The notes beneath the pieces are model-generated. The model was not told the DNA's origin. It did not search any database and was given only the letters and a program-made list of their open reading frames with translations. DNA of 64,000 bases from Phoronis australis (taxonomy: Eukaryota > Animalia > Phoronida). Both the position numbers and the translations under genes were made by a program. Location: positions 685,129-749,128 of the forward strand of contig NMRA01000168.1 of NCBI GenBank assembly GCA_002633005.1, in the 5' to 3' direction. Below, piece after piece: positions 35,945 to 50,269 of this stretch (within the stretch, counting starts at the first letter, position 1; every line of letters starts with the position of its first letter).

Positions 35945-38900
35945 ATTATCGATACGTTTAGTGCTACGAGAACCAGAATTGAAACTATGAATGTTCCCTT
36001 GACCGCACATGCGGAGGTGATTAGCTGACTAATACGGCTTACGTCCACCCGGTGCACCGCTGCATCTATTAAGATGGCTGATGCTATTTTCCCAGCTCAC
36101 AGCATTGGTGACATAAGCCTTGAATTCGAAGCAGGTGTCTTCGGTGCTGGAGCAGTCCATGTCCACTTAATAATCCAATAGTGATTGCCGTACCTTCAAT
36201 AAACCGTTGTCGTTTAAGTGCAAGGAATTCTCTCCTGAAAATTTCAGTGAAAATAAAAAAAATATTGGAAAAATTTTAAAGTTACATTAGTGAGTTGTCA
36301 TCATCATTCACTGAATCAGGTGTTGACCGTGAACAACTGTGGGGGTCGTACGGAAATTGAAATGAGGGGACAGAAACAATCGTTAACGCATGGAGTCGTA
36401 GGCATTTCATGGTTAACACCTTAAAATCTACAATCCGCCAAAAGAAATACAGTTTTAATTTACATCCCACATTATGTTAAAACTGGCAGGTGAGTTTTTT
36501 GATTTCTAGGCTTGGACATACCTGGAATGCAGTTTTGCTGGAGACCGTGTTCAGCCGAGAAAATGACCCGCAGTGTCAAATCATCTTTTTTCATCTTGCA
36601 ATTAATAATGAACTTCCAGTTACAGCTTCAAAACCCCAATATAACCCCTGATTAAAGACAGTGAAAGTTCATACCAATTCCATAGCTGTAAGAGAGATAT
36701 GAATAGAATACTAATCGGCAGAAGTTACGATTACAATACCTTAGAAAGAAAATTGAACTTCACTAGTTCTGTATCACAACTGTGTAAACAAAAAAGTCAG
36801 CAACGGGTTGCACCTAATAAATGACGCAGCTGAAACATTTTATCGTTGTTTTGTTCTAAAATCTTCCGGCGTGTGAAGCTCCTACAGGGGCAACGCCGTC
36901 TGTAGTTCACCTATAGACGTTGGTCGCTATCTGCTACTCGAACATATAAAATCCTTTACCGTCGTCATTAATTGCATTAAATTGCTTGTCACTGCCGGAG
37001 AACACGAACTTGTTGGCTACCATCGTCCCATCGGTGATTCATTTCAGTCCTTGACACGGCGTTGCGGAATTCTACATAACATGACTTAAGAACACAGAGA
37101 CAGAATCAGAATAAGTCACAAATTGATAGCTAAGAATGCTAGTTTTGAGATGGGAGTGTCGGGGTGCGTAATTGCATACAATTGGAGAGTCAGAATGGGG
37201 GACTCTACCTACCACAACTTGAGAAATTAAAGTGACAATTTGTTTTGTAGTCCATATATAGCGTAGTGCTTAGAACCGTAGAAAATAACAACACAGCAGC
37301 CGAATGACAAATGTCTTAAACAATAAAAGTTGTATTAGAAGAACTGGAACAAAGGTTGGTACGAGACCATCGTACTTTCACAACAGTGACCACAGGAGGG
37401 CTTACACAGTGTTTCCTAAATTGATGTACCCCACACTCTTTTTACCTGCACGTCTTTGGAAAGAATAACGAATCTTGTTTACGTACAACAATAATAACAA
37501 ACGCAAAACCAAATTTTCATTAAAGCCTATACGCTGTAATTCCGTAAAGGCTCGTTCCGAAAATACCCGCAATGCAAGTACTTGAAAGCGGAGAACACAC
37601 ATGTGCAGAAGCATTGATTACAGGAGTTTTAGAAATTCGGAAATTTAACGATGAAATATATTTATCCAATTACATACAGACGTTTAAATCTCACGTCATC
37701 AAAACTTGTATTAATGCGCAACTTTATTAAACTCGACCAATTCACACGGGCATTGTTAGCACAGTTTGCTGCACTTATTCAACAGCAAGTAAGTTATGTT
37801 CATGACAAAATATCTACTTATTAATATACTTATGCAAGTAAATGTCTGGAAACGTGGCTCTATTTTTTTTCTGACGTGTGACGGAATACGATTCGACAAA
37901 TCAAATGCAATACCAGAGACAAGTTAGTAACAAACCGTAACAAGGTGATCCAGTTTACACCAGGACACAACGTAGAGAGAAAAGGCGCCGTTGTTTTCTT
38001 TTTATTAGCACTGACAATGATATTTACCATATTATTGATCTGTCTCCACCGGTGTTCTCAAACCCAGCCTTTTCCACACGTTCCGTCACGGTAAATCGTA
38101 ACATCTTTGATAGTACGGTCACCAAAACTTGGTCTCATCCACTCCTTAGACTCTTTCAAGAGATAAGTTTGACATACTGTATAACGGATTTTGCGAAATT
38201 TTTATTGTTAACCTGTTCAGGAAAAAAACCCAGCAAGTCTGAGCAAAAGCTCACTGAGACCGTTTTTTCTTGAAGCGAATCTACGTGAGTCAAAACACAC
38301 CCACCCTAGGGCAGTGCCACTATTCCAAAGATGGCGCTGTCAAAGAGTGTTTGGGAATGATGTTGCAACTCGTCACTTTCGCAAACCTGACGTTTAAAAA
38401 AGTACATCACTCCTAAATGCGTATCACCAGTCCTCGGTTATACAAACTTGGGTAACTAAAATCGGAGAAAAATTCATAGTGCCTATTCACTGAGTGTAAC
38501 TATGGTAACGTATTTTCTGTATTTGTGGTGCTCTGCTGACGATCTAAGTTACTAAAGCGAATTCAATGAATTCCCTTTTGGTAACTTTTATTCTTTTCAA
38601 AATGCGGGCATATATTTGATTTAACTAGCACCACATTCCCGCAGGGATTCGTATAGATCAGTGGAAGATATTCTCTTTGAAAACACATTTGCCACATGGC
38701 GCTCACTCTGGAGATGTGGTAGGCTACTAATTCAATTCTTGATGACGACTAGAATTTGCTAGCGTATTAACCCATTTGTATATTAGCACAACTTAAGACT
38801 GTAGCCTGTCCTAAGTAAATCTACAAAATGCTTACTCGGGCGTTGACCCAAATCCTGTACCATCTGTAGCTGGTGATCACGCCCGGTACGCCGTAGGGAT

Positions 38901-40794
38901 AGGCCAAAATGAAGGCATTACCAATCTTGTACAGCCTGGGATCGTAGAAAGTCAGGATCGAACCACTAACAGCACCGTGGCCTGAGCAAAGGTGCAGACA
39001 GTTGAAAAGAATGTTGCACAATGTTTCTGAAGTTCATGATTTCCTAAATTGTCTAGGAAATTACAGGCCATAAATGTACCAATGTGTCTCGTGGTTTCCG
39101 ATATGATGAACAGTTGTAAATCGTATCTAATTTTTCTAAGGACAAGACAAGACAACAGAGCTGGTGGACACAATGACATACTGTACCTCCCTCAAAGGGA
39201 CACTGTCTGCATCCAATTACACAGGGGAGCTGGTCATTTACCATAATTAAATCAAAACGACCTCATTGTATCATAAAGTAGATTCATGGCGGTGCTTCAA
39301 ATGTCAGTGAAGTAAACAAGGTTTAGTAACGCTTGAAGATTTTGAACTTGATGTTTTCAAATTTGTTTCAAACGTTTGGATATTGGAGATGGTTGCAGAA
39401 TATTAGCGTGATCTCAACGATTTAGGCGATGAAGTAGCGAATGATATTTGTTAATTGTCTGTATTGATGCTTGGCATGCTTCACACTTTGAGGGCACTGA
39501 ACATAGGGAGGATAAGAAAAGAAAAACGATGGCGCTAAATGGAGTATACCAACTAGGAGGACTGAAATATATACACTGTACATGCTAATGTTCTTTGCCT
39601 AATAACTGCATGTATCAAATCTGTCACAAAGAACACCTTACCTCTTTGATAATCGTAGTTGTCAACGAACTCCAAGGCGTTCGCGGTTGGCAGCATCCCC
39701 CCAGGCTTCCCCAAAGTTACTGAACCATTTCAGTTGGTTCTGTCCTCGAACACGTTCACTCAACCAAGCACCTTAAAAAATGACGTTACTTGCAATTCGG
39801 TTTATACGGATGTGTCTTGATTTATACGTATATCGATTTTCAACGAATTATTCATTTTACGGAGAGACGGAATACAAAAAGGGTTGTGGGGAATCGCCTT
39901 CTTTCATAAGACTTTTGCAGTCACCAGTCAGCGGAAAAGAGGTATTTCACAACATCTCATTTAAAGTAAGTTCAAGAAGAACCCCAAAAACATCGACATG
40001 TAGTCATCATCTGTGTCGTCTGTAAGCCTCATTGTCATCTTTACAATTTCGTAGCAGGCTGGTGAGCTTGTATATAACATCTGTAGGCAGCACGTTACTC
40101 ATTACTTTTTAAAACTATAGGTATGCATATCGTGGTTGAATTCAGTGACCACTCTTAGGTCTGTATATTCAGTGCCTTTGATTGGTTGTCCTCCAAAGTC
40201 CATAACTTCTGAATAAATGAATGCTTTCGCGCCGGCTGGGAAATATTTCGCATATAATTGATGTAAGCGGCCAGCTACGCCGCACATCTTATCGCCAGGC
40301 AACATGTGTTTAACAGCATCAAACCTGGAAGGTGCGTAAACTTCCAAAAGCTGTCAAAAACCTGGGCTGAGTTTAAAAGAAAACTTTGGATTTACATGAA
40401 AACTGCTTGACTTGTACAAAAGAGTTAATGTGTTCTTTACACAATGATAAATGTGAAGGGATTTCTGGGCTCCTCAAAATAGGTGGCGCGTACAAATTTG
40501 TGGTCGGGGCCACATAGGATACCGACCAAGCTTATTAGTTGGTACTTTGAGTATTTAGTTAGCTTATAGGTCTAATAACAATGTAAATTACTTGAAATGA
40601 GATTTTCATACAAGAAAATGAGGCACGCTGCAAATTTCACAGATCTGAAGCAATCACAAATGTGATTCTAAATTGTACCGGAAGCCGGCGACAAAAATGT
40701 CAATCAATCGGTTTAGATAGTCGGCGACTTTCCCTTTGACGTAATCGTTACCAAGGTCAAGATCAGGCATACCAAGTAGACGTCAATTTCTAAC
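35945..40794 (-). pseudogene. Amy: Alpha-amylase (GH13, animal type) unprocessed pseudogene with extra C-terminal domain; 5' exons not found
   Basis: Exon 40794-40679: VRN*RLLGMPDLDLGNDYVKGKVADYLNRLIDIFVAGFR (premature TGA). Exon 40324-40131: FDAVKHMLPGD..FIYSEVMDFGG..VTEFNH (donor GT>AT). Exon 39771-39642: NFGEAWG(+1)MLP..FVDNYDYQRG. Exon 38981-38836: GHGAVSGSILTFYDPRLYKIGNAFILAYPYG. ~37075-36960: EFRNAV..WDDGSQQV..AINDD. ~36900: LQTALP. ~36194-35945: YGNHYW..MDCSSTE..FEFKAY..WE..CSG..GG..PY*SANH..CG. Confidence 0.9.
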
Positions 40795-42199
40795 CTGGTG
40801 GGTAAGAAATGTTTCCATTTCTGGAAATGACAAGTGCAGCATAAAATAAACTGTGACCTTTTCAATATGGAACATTGAGCCTGGGTAACATGAAGGAACA
40901 TAAAACAAATAACCAAGATCTCAGACAAGCTTGAAACTAACTACAATACGAATTAACTGGCTAGTGTTTTCTTCAGTCTAGTAACCGGACTTATACACAA
41001 TACTCTTGTTGGAGCAACCTCAGTTGGAGTAACACTGACCGATCTTCTTTAGTGCGTCCACACACAGATTTAAACTAGAACACGTAAATTCTGGAACGTG
41101 TTGCTGCTACAGTAGATTCAATGGTTGTCTAAAAGCCATTGAAACTAAGGCAACGTCACTTGCCTCATTTTGAAAGCTTACTCCACTTTATCCAGGTAGG
41201 GGAACTTTTCTTTGGGTAATTATTAGCCACGGTTACATATCAACGTGTCTTCTTTTACGCCCTATACCAGTTGTCCATTGTAACCTACAGGGCGTCAACG
41301 TCCAGCATACACTAATTATCTAATGTGTGTGTATGTGCTTGTGTGTGTGTGTGGACCTGATTACATTTGATAATTTACTACTGAAAAAATCATAAAATTA
41401 TTGATCCCAATAAAGCGTTTTTTAAACAATAATCAACTGACAAGATAAACCATCGAACGTCCATTTTTACAGGAAGAGAATGTTTAACTAAAATTTGTGT
41501 TTAATTGCCAAGTAAAAAACTCTTACAAATCCATGAAAGATGCAACAGAATACGCTGCGACCTAGAAAATCTTTGACATTTTCATATTCTGTCCATGACG
41601 TCATACTTTTAGTTGTTGACAATGAAATTTCCTGCTTTTGCGCCACCTAAAACATTAAGTTTGAATAGACTTTCAGATAAAAAGTGAACACAAGCTGACA
41701 ACCTTTTACATTGTGGCAATTTGAAATGCTCTTGCTTTCCTTTCTTTTGGCAAAATACTCATTCTACGTGTCCGGTAGGAAATCAATGAACAATGTTTTC
41801 GTAGACTTGAGATTTATACACAAACGAGGATCAGAATATTTGATTTTTAATAAACGCGAAATTTAGTTCACGAGAAATAACATGTTGGGCACTTGAGACA
41901 AATTTAATAGTTCCTTCCGTGTATTCTGAATTCATCTGGATAGATAGATTTAATGAAGTTGTTTAGTCAACATGAAAGTAAATTGCCCTTTGAAAATACA
42001 TCTGAAGTTAAACAAAAAATACAAAACCATTTCAAAATAACCTAGAATGTAACTTTGTATAGTTAACTCGATTTACACGAGTTATTTCCGACTGGGTCTA
42101 AGAGACAGAGGCAATGAAATGTAAATGGTTATTGACAGTAACAGCAACCTGTAAGACATTAAGAAGTGAAATTCAAAAGAACGCAACGAATGTCATTTT

Positions 42200-42560
42200 A
42201 AATTTCCACATAACATATTTTGTTGAAGCAATGTCATTTTTCCAAGCTATGAAAGTACTTTGATGGCTTGTGCCTTTTTCTGCCCATTTTGACCTTGATC
42301 TGATGGCATGTCCTTGCATCAGGCCAGATCGACATTTTTTAAGTTTTCTGCGTTCTCCTTCAGTTCGTCGATGTCTTATGAAATCCACTTAACAGAGGCA
42401 AGCATGATATATTTTTTTTTCTTTTCTATGGATTCTTTTTCGATTCATTAATAAAAAATGTCTTTTAAAAATTGTAACGGTTTTGACCTGGCAATCCCCA
42501 ATTAATTAATCGTTGATAACAACTTAGATCTTCTAAGATTGATAAGTAATTAAACGGAGA
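42200..42560 (-). mobile_element. Tx1/L1-clade LINE ORF2 fragment (EN-RT linker)
   Basis: QGHAIRSRSKWAEKG(frameshift)KPSKYFHSLEK matches the G..IRSR..W.E.GEK.SKYF..LEK linker motif. Confidence 0.65.
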
Positions 42561-44559
42561 TTTTCTAGGTCATAAATATAGGCCGTATACTATGAGGCGA
42601 CCTCGAGTAGTACACGTTTAATTGGAGTGGAGAGTTATGCGTATTGAAATTATGAATCGTTAAGGCGCCAGCAAACCCTGCGCCTGGTAATTTCTGACCT
42701 TCCAAATCCAGTAGACACACGTGATCACTTCTGTACCCATTTTTTATGCGGGAAAATTGTTAGAGATTGGCCAGCTCTTCAGAAATGGGGAATCATTTTA
42801 ACCTGGGCTATTTAACCGGGTAAGATCGGTCAAAGGTTGGCAATATCAATACATAAAACAAACATCTATGCATTTTGAATGTTCAAGCAAATCTAAAGCA
42901 AAGGCATCCTATTTGAGGTGGGTTAATGACAGGGCAGGTAACATGCAAAAAGTTTCCATCTCTGAGTGGCTGAAATCATAATTAGAATAGTCTGCACAGG
43001 TAGGGCCAAAATATCAATTTTGAGGTAGAGAATAATAATAATGGAATAATTTTTGTGTAAATTTATTGATTACTTGTTTGACGAGTTTGATTTTGGGCAT
43101 ATGTTTTTTATCTTGCACATAGCCACAGATTTTATTGAAAGATACGAGCCAGGAAGCAAGCTCTTACAAACTAGGATTTAGCTGAGACGTGTTAATTACT
43201 TATGTTAACAAATTTCAGTCCACAGGTCAATCTACAGAAACAATATAACAAGGATATCATTCTCGTGATGCAAGCAAGCTGGCGTACTCAGGTCGTACCT
43301 CTTACGTGGCTCCCAACTAACCTGCACGGCACAGAAACCATGGCGTTCGAGAAAATGCTCACACTGGGCGGCAATGTCCGTCCATTTCCAGTTAAACAGA
43401 TAGACTGATACGTGACGCCCGCCCTTGCAGTTCGAGTTGTGTTAGCCTGCGATCAGAGATGCTGTGGATATACATGTACACGTCCAATATCAGAAATGAT
43501 TTCACTGAAGATATTGGCGAACTTAACTTAGTGAAATCAAGTACAAAACTACAAGATCTCATTCATCAAAGACGTGATTCTAGAAAAATGATTTCAAGCA
43601 TTTGGTAGTCATCAGTTTAACAAGCTAAAGAAGTATACATCGAAATTTATATGGTTCTCCAGTCCTCGCGGTGTTTGCTCCTTTCCACTGCTGCACTGGG
43701 ATATATGGTATACTGAAACTTGTTTAAACCGTATTAAATTTGCAATTGAAACCGGTTAAAGAAACAGTCAAGTATTTATTTCCTGGTTCCCGATTACTCT
43801 ATCATTGACCTGTTAACACAACTGTTATGTTGTTTCCTAAAGAAATCAAAAACTTACCCAGCAATGACTGAAATAAAAACCAAAGTACATGTTTCGCGGG
43901 CATCATTATTAAGGTTGACTGGTGCTCATTACGTGGCGTATTTTATGCAAATCAATAACCAATCACGTTTAAGGTATAAGGAGGATAGCCCAATCAAATG
44001 TTCTGTTAGGCTTAATAATTATGGAATAAGCTAAAAATACCGACAGAATATACCTGCCAGACTAACATGGCAATCCACGATGGGAACATGACTGTCGGGA
44101 CGACTCGAAAGTCGTAATAAAATTACATGTAATTAGGTCTGACGAAAGAGTCCATAAATCCGGGAAATGCTTGGCTGCACACACCGACAGCAGATATGAC
44201 GGCAACACAGAATAGTAAGTTTCATAACACTCTTGAAAATGCGATAATATTCAAACAATGTTTTTTATGACACATGCTGCGTGTAACGCCGCTGTAGTCT
44301 TGTGACGTGGTTTGTATCCCAAAACGGCGATGTCCGGGCGGGGCTCGGATGCAGAACAATCTACGTAAGCGTCACTTTTATAATATTGTGGGGGACACTA
44401 ATTGAGTAATTTCATCAAAACGTTCAAAACACAACTCTGCACTGCGCTTGAGGGCACTCAAGTAATAGTAACGTTCGTTGGCTGTTTCATTGTCTCTTAA
44501 CTGCGAACGAAGGATTAAAACTGATGCAGGCCATTAGCATAATTGAACTTTTGCAGCCG

Positions 44560-46690
44560 ATTTCATGAAGGTGGTTTAATAAAACTAGGTTGAAGAATTA
44601 AACCTTGTATTCCTAAACCTGGTCTAATTTTAGACCTAACTTGCATTTCACCAACATGGTTTAAATTTCTGAAAGACAGGTTTTGTTAGATCATGAAAAA
44701 CTAGTTGAAAGTATGCAAGCTCTCCTGCTGTTTTGATTCGGATTAACCCAACAAAAAATATTGAAGTGCTTCAACGAAACTTTGATCACTTGGGTACACA
44801 ATGACACACAGCAGTAGAATCAGTGCAGACGCTTTTCTCATGGGGAAAAATGCTCCCTGCCATAACTGATCAGAGAAAGAGCCAATGTAACAATCGAGAA
44901 CAAGAATAGTGGTGCCAAATCAAGTCAACGTAAGCAGCAGGCTGGCAGAAATATTGATCCAGAATAAAGGAAAGAAAAAATGACCAGTGAAAAAACAGCA
45001 AAAAAAAACGGAGATGGACCCAGTGGCAGATCAAGGATATCACGAGGAGATATTTTTCAGTTTGTATCGTCCAGCACAAGTATTCACATTAAAGTACTTG
45101 CTCTCAATTAACCTCAAAACAGTAAATGCACACATTTATTTCCGAGTCATATTACTTTTTTGCTGCCAAAGGGTCACGGGGGCGGATCCAGGATTTTGAG
45201 GAAGGGGGCCTGGACAGACTATTAGCCAAGATTTTGCCCGTCAGACATTCGCACCCCCGAAATACCAATTGGAATCTGGGAGAATTTTAGGGGGATTATG
45301 GCCCCTTGGCCCCCTCTATATCCGCCACTGGGGCAGGATCCCTCCCTGGCAACCTTATATCGGGGACCAATTGAGTTTGAACTCGGCCAGCTTAATCATT
45401 AGATGCCTTTTTAGTCATACGCGTAGGGCTTCCGACGATGACGCTCTGTTCGAACGGTCATATTTTTAGAAAATACCAAGGACACCATTCTGTACATACT
45501 GTTCTAAGAATAGGCGGATTCAGGGGTTCAAGGAGTCCAGACCCCTTTTTCCCTTGATTTTAGTGATATCAAATATATCATGTCAAATTGTTCACCCAGG
45601 CCTTCCTTTTAAAAATTCCTTGATCGGGCGGACCCCTCCCCCTGAAGTATTCTTGGCCACCCCTGTTACGTTTGTTCTTGTGTCGTCTTTAAACTGAATT
45701 ATGAAACTAGTCCGTAAATGCACACCACAGCATCATTCAGTAGCAGCTGTGTAGTAGAAGTCTTCCATATTCAATAGTATTAAACCTGGGTCTGACCAAG
45801 TCTTTAAGTTAGACCTGGTTTAAGGTTTTAATATAGGTATAAGTAATTTATCCCATACGCGTTGAATCTGTCGAGGGAAATACGGCCATGTGATAAAGAT
45901 TTCCGTATGGCACCTCCCGCACTACTTCAACAGAGACCTCAGAAATGGAATGTTCAAAAGGTAGGTTGACTCGACTTCTTCAGCCTGTTTGATCATCAAA
46001 CTTTCCGAATATAGTTCAAAGTAATACAGTTGCAGCAGTGTAACTAACACTCGACATGCAACCAGGCCCTATACGTAAAATCTGGAAAAAAACTGTTAAT
46101 TATATGACACATATTTCTCAGTTTTCAATTCGTTTGCTGAATACCATATCGTCTGCAACTCAGGCGCCGATTCCTAGGAAACTGCAATATCAAATGTTGT
46201 TTTTAACTATTTCCAGGATATGTTGCACGTTCACTGCACAGTTGTCGTTGTTTTTTTCATCTTTGTTACCTCTTTTCAAGACATTAATCGTTACTTTTAA
46301 AACTTGCAACCTAGCGCACAAGTACATATAGATAGGATGAGATCCGCCATGTGAACAGTCTGGGTCAAGTATTTAAAAAAACTTCCGGAAAGAATGTAAG
46401 CCCCTCGATTGGCGTACATGTACATGAAGTAATATCTCACTGGACCTTCTTCCGTGTATCGACCGAGACCGAAGGGATAATACTTCATGTACGCCACTCT
46501 CGGTACGTTTTGTGTATATATACCTCGTTGGTGAAATAAAAACTGACCTAAACCAGGTAAGAAACTGGAGTTAAACCAGGCTTTACTAAACCACTGGTCT
46601 AAAAGTTAAACCACCTTAATGCAATGCAGATTATCTTTAAACCTGGTCTAAGTCCAGTTTAAATCAGGTTTAACTTTAAACCATCTTTAT
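44560..46690. repeat. Cluster of fragmented non-autonomous DNA elements rich in AAACCWGGT/GGTTTAA units, with nested MITEs
   Basis: Repeated aaacctggt/aaaccagg/ggtttaa units at 44570-44670, 45780-45830 and 46545-46685; GGCGGAT-type MITEs at 45175-45330 and ~45510-45665; segment 45843-46050 resembles 55830-56075. Confidence 0.5.
45175..45330 (+). mobile_element. Short hAT-like MITE
   Basis: ggggcggatccaggattttgag ... tatccgccactg termini; similar to 19494-19653. Confidence 0.68.
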
Positions 46691-47600
46691 CGACTGCTGA
46701 TGTTGTTATATCGATTAAACATTGCTAATCCACAAAACTAAGCGAGGCGGCGTATGAACTATTGTTCTTGAAACTCAAAATGGGTATTGAAGTAAAAACG
46801 TGGATACACTTTAGACCTCGTTTACTTGAGGAGATACTGCCCTGACTGGAAGTAACATGTCGCGTGTAGACGAGTCATACTACTTTGTATCTAAGGTGCT
46901 TTGCGGGTCCTCAAATGGGAAGGAGATGATCTTTTTTCAATTTGTTATTGTTTGGGTTTCAAATGGCAAAATACTGTAACAATACATTCGCAATTAGTTC
47001 CTGCACAGATTGCAGAGGTGATGATCGTACATATTGTTCATTCGGAATAAAAATATACTCTTATGCAGAATAACTTTCGGTCTTAGTTTGCCAGATTTCG
47101 GTCTAAGCATAAAATACTTGACAACCAATGCCAACTCCTGCACGAGACCTATGTGTATGTTGGTGGACGTTTCGACTTCGATACACGGGACTCAGTAACT
47201 GCGAGAATTTGCACAGCGAATTTTCGGTTTCGAGATTTACAAAGTTATAATCAAGGATCGCTTCTTTTCCATTTCGGCCAGAATCTTGAGGTACATATAG
47301 TACGGTTCCAGGCACTCAGCGATTTTTCGGCAAAACTAGTCAACTTAGCGCAGAACTGCACTGGTTATTTTTGATACGCACTGACCCGTGGCCCTATCCA
47401 TAGACATCTTTTTACCTGCGGTTTTAGTGCCACAACAAATCAAACCACATGATAGGAGATTTGTAGTGGTTTACAGAAGGAAGAGACATTTGGTTTCCGA
47501 ATGTGTGCTCTGCACTTGAAAAAAAAACTTAGACCCTACTAACAGATCTATTAACCTCACTTTCGAAAAACTACTTATTTGCGTACATGTAGCTACTGTA

Positions 47601-47666
47601 TGTGTGCGTGTGTGTGTGTGTGTGTGNNNNNNNNNNNNNNNNNNNNNNTGTGTGTGTGTACGTGTG

Positions 47667-47698
<32 letters not shown>

Positions 47699-47735
47699 AG
47701 CGTGAGAGTGTACTTGAGCACCTGTGCGTGTGTGC
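47601..47735. repeat. (GT)n microsatellite spanning a 22-N gap
   Basis: Long tg runs on either side of the Ns at 47627-47648. Confidence 0.92.
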
Positions 47736-48382
47736 ATATCATGCTTGTTTATAGCATTGTTGTTTTCTATTGTTTCAATGATAATTCGTTTGTTCAGAGT
47801 TTACTTGTTGTCCAGACATTTGATGGTTTAATTTCTGGGCAGAATTGTTATCTGTAGTATTCACCTTTCCCTCAAATAAAATGCATTAAATAAAGATTAA
47901 CTTGTAAAATAATGCAATCTATTTGTGACTTGTCCCACTTCTAATTTTTTCCATCATCCTGTCACACCCTTAAATTACCCTGCCTTTTTGCACATGGAGA
48001 AATTGACACATTAGACCCCGAATTAGCCCCGTTTTCCCGTTCGACTAAAAATTTAACAGGACCTTCCGTGGCTTTCGAGGCACTCGCACTTTCTCTTTCG
48101 ACTAAAAAACAGTCGGGTGATTTATTTTCTTACATTTCCTTTTCGACAAAATGTGCTTTCAGGACTTTTTCCGTTTTGCGGGATGTATTTCTCCCTTGCG
48201 CTTTCGATAGATCTATTCCAGGTCTCCCGCTTTGTATGCAACATTATTGTTTAAATTCAAATGTTGTCAACTATAGAACATGTATTCAAAACTACATTGC
48301 CTCTTTGTTATAAATAATGGTACTTACAGAGTGAGAACGTATAGTGAAATGTAAAAAAAAATAATTGCAGGCGGTCTGATAC

Positions 48383-48594
48383 ACGTCGCACCAGACGTGC
48401 GCAGGCCTCGCATGTGGGCCCATTGCACTGATCACCTGGAAATATGTTTATACTTAATTAATATGTGGTTAAAACCGAGCTGAGGAGCTAGAAACCTGGC
48501 TCAAGGGTTTAGCAGTGTGACATGGTGGGTCTCCAAACCACTACCTCGAGTAAAGAAAGCAGGCACTTATCAACCAGGCCACACTGCCTCCTCC
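48383..48594 (-). mobile_element. tRNA-derived SINE, copy 2
   Basis: Colinear with 22668-22880, including an almost identical ~50-bp block. Confidence 0.7.
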
Positions 48595-50269
48595 TAGTGA
48601 AATGCAAAATAACAATGTGTTCCTGAGTGTCTCTTGTGCACGGTACCACACAATAATGTAATTAGATATTCACATTATACTTCATAGCAAGCAATAGGTG
48701 TGCCTGTACAGTAAAATTTCTAATATCACGGCAAAAAAGTTAAAGATAACAATTGCAGTTTCACCAAACTTGGTTTGGTTTTATCTAAAAAAATTCGACA
48801 GATGGCGCATTGCGTTACGATGAGGATATGCAGTACCATAATCCATCGCTAGGAGTCTATCGTAGGAGTGACACAGCGAGAAATTTCTTCATATTGGAGG
48901 CAGTTTCTCTAATGGTAATCGCATCTTATTACGCGCTTCTCCAAGATGCTTTGTCTCATTGAAACCGAAAATATTTAAATTGGTAGCAAGAGCACCTTTT
49001 GACTTCCTGGAGAACTTTGTGTACAAGTACAACCAGGTAAAGAAGCAATTGGGAAATAAAATGCGGTATTAAAAAAAAACATCACAACTGATATTCTCAA
49101 AAACAAATTTGAAGACAAGGAAAACCATAGTCATTCCAAATATTACACAATCGTAATTTGATAGCGAAATGAACAGATAACAAAAACTGTGCCTTGCTTT
49201 TGCTTGGGAAGTAACTGTGACGTATGTCATACTCATTTACATAAAAATAGTCTTGCAAAACGAGACTTTCGCGAACAATAATGGTAAGTGGATCTCGTAT
49301 GGTTTCCGGCAGACCGGAGACCTGGGCTTGTTTGTATTCCATTTCCATATTCACAGTTTAATGAGACATAGCATATTTAACATTAGTCTCTGTGACAGTA
49401 CAAATCCATCTTCCTAGACTGACCTTGAGGAGTTCATGGTGCGCCAATAATGCGCTTTTAAGCTGCACCCTAAACCACATGAACATTTATTAACTAATTT
49501 CACTCGCCATTTTTCCTTTTACTTACGGCATTTTTGGGATCTGAAGTGAAGTCACATACTGTACGTAAAAAGAGACAAAAATGCGCCTAAAATGAATGTT
49601 CTTTCGGATAATTCTCGAAAATGAGGCTGCGAACGCAAAGTAGAGACACGCAGGTCGGTACAGACATTCCCGTTAAAGACAAACACTTATCAAGGCTGTC
49701 CTTTGCATGTCGTAAATGTATCGAAACAGTGGATTCAATCCCAAAATTCAACAGCCCTATTTTTTAAATTATATATCATTTAATACATAAAACACAAGAC
49801 CACTGAACAGCAAACGCAGACAGAACAGGACAGTATACATGTACATGTAGCTGGCATGAGAAATTACATAGCGTATGAACGTAAAATAAATTAAGTATAT
49901 TGTATTAATCATTACCTACATCTGAAATATTATGAAGAAGGACTCGTGAAATACTGTAATTTGATCAGTAATTTAAGACACATATCTATGTAAGTGCAAA
50001 GCAATGAATTTACACCCATCAGAATTGCTTTCAGAAGCAACAAGAATTATACGATGTAATGTAATTGGACCTTTCTTAAATCCACCAAACAAATTAGTTG
50101 TGACAACGATTGCGATTAAGATTGTCATTTAACAATCATCGTACGTTATCCATAACAGTGGAGCATTAAGGTAGACGTGTACGTACAAACAGTTTTCTAT
50201 CCAAAATAAAGGAAAAAACTTCTATTGTCACTTTCAAAAACAACTTCAAGCTGCATACCACTACCCAAG

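Noticed and set aside
41180-41285. AG..GT-bounded minus-strand segment as a further amylase exon
   Set aside because: Stops in all three frames and no amylase motif.
45843-46055. Harbinger transposase fragment
   Set aside because: The motif match is too weak; better explained as a dispersed non-coding repeat similar to 55830-56075.
47471-47857. His/Thr- and Val/Cys-rich ORFs
   Set aside because: Translations of a (GT)n microsatellite.
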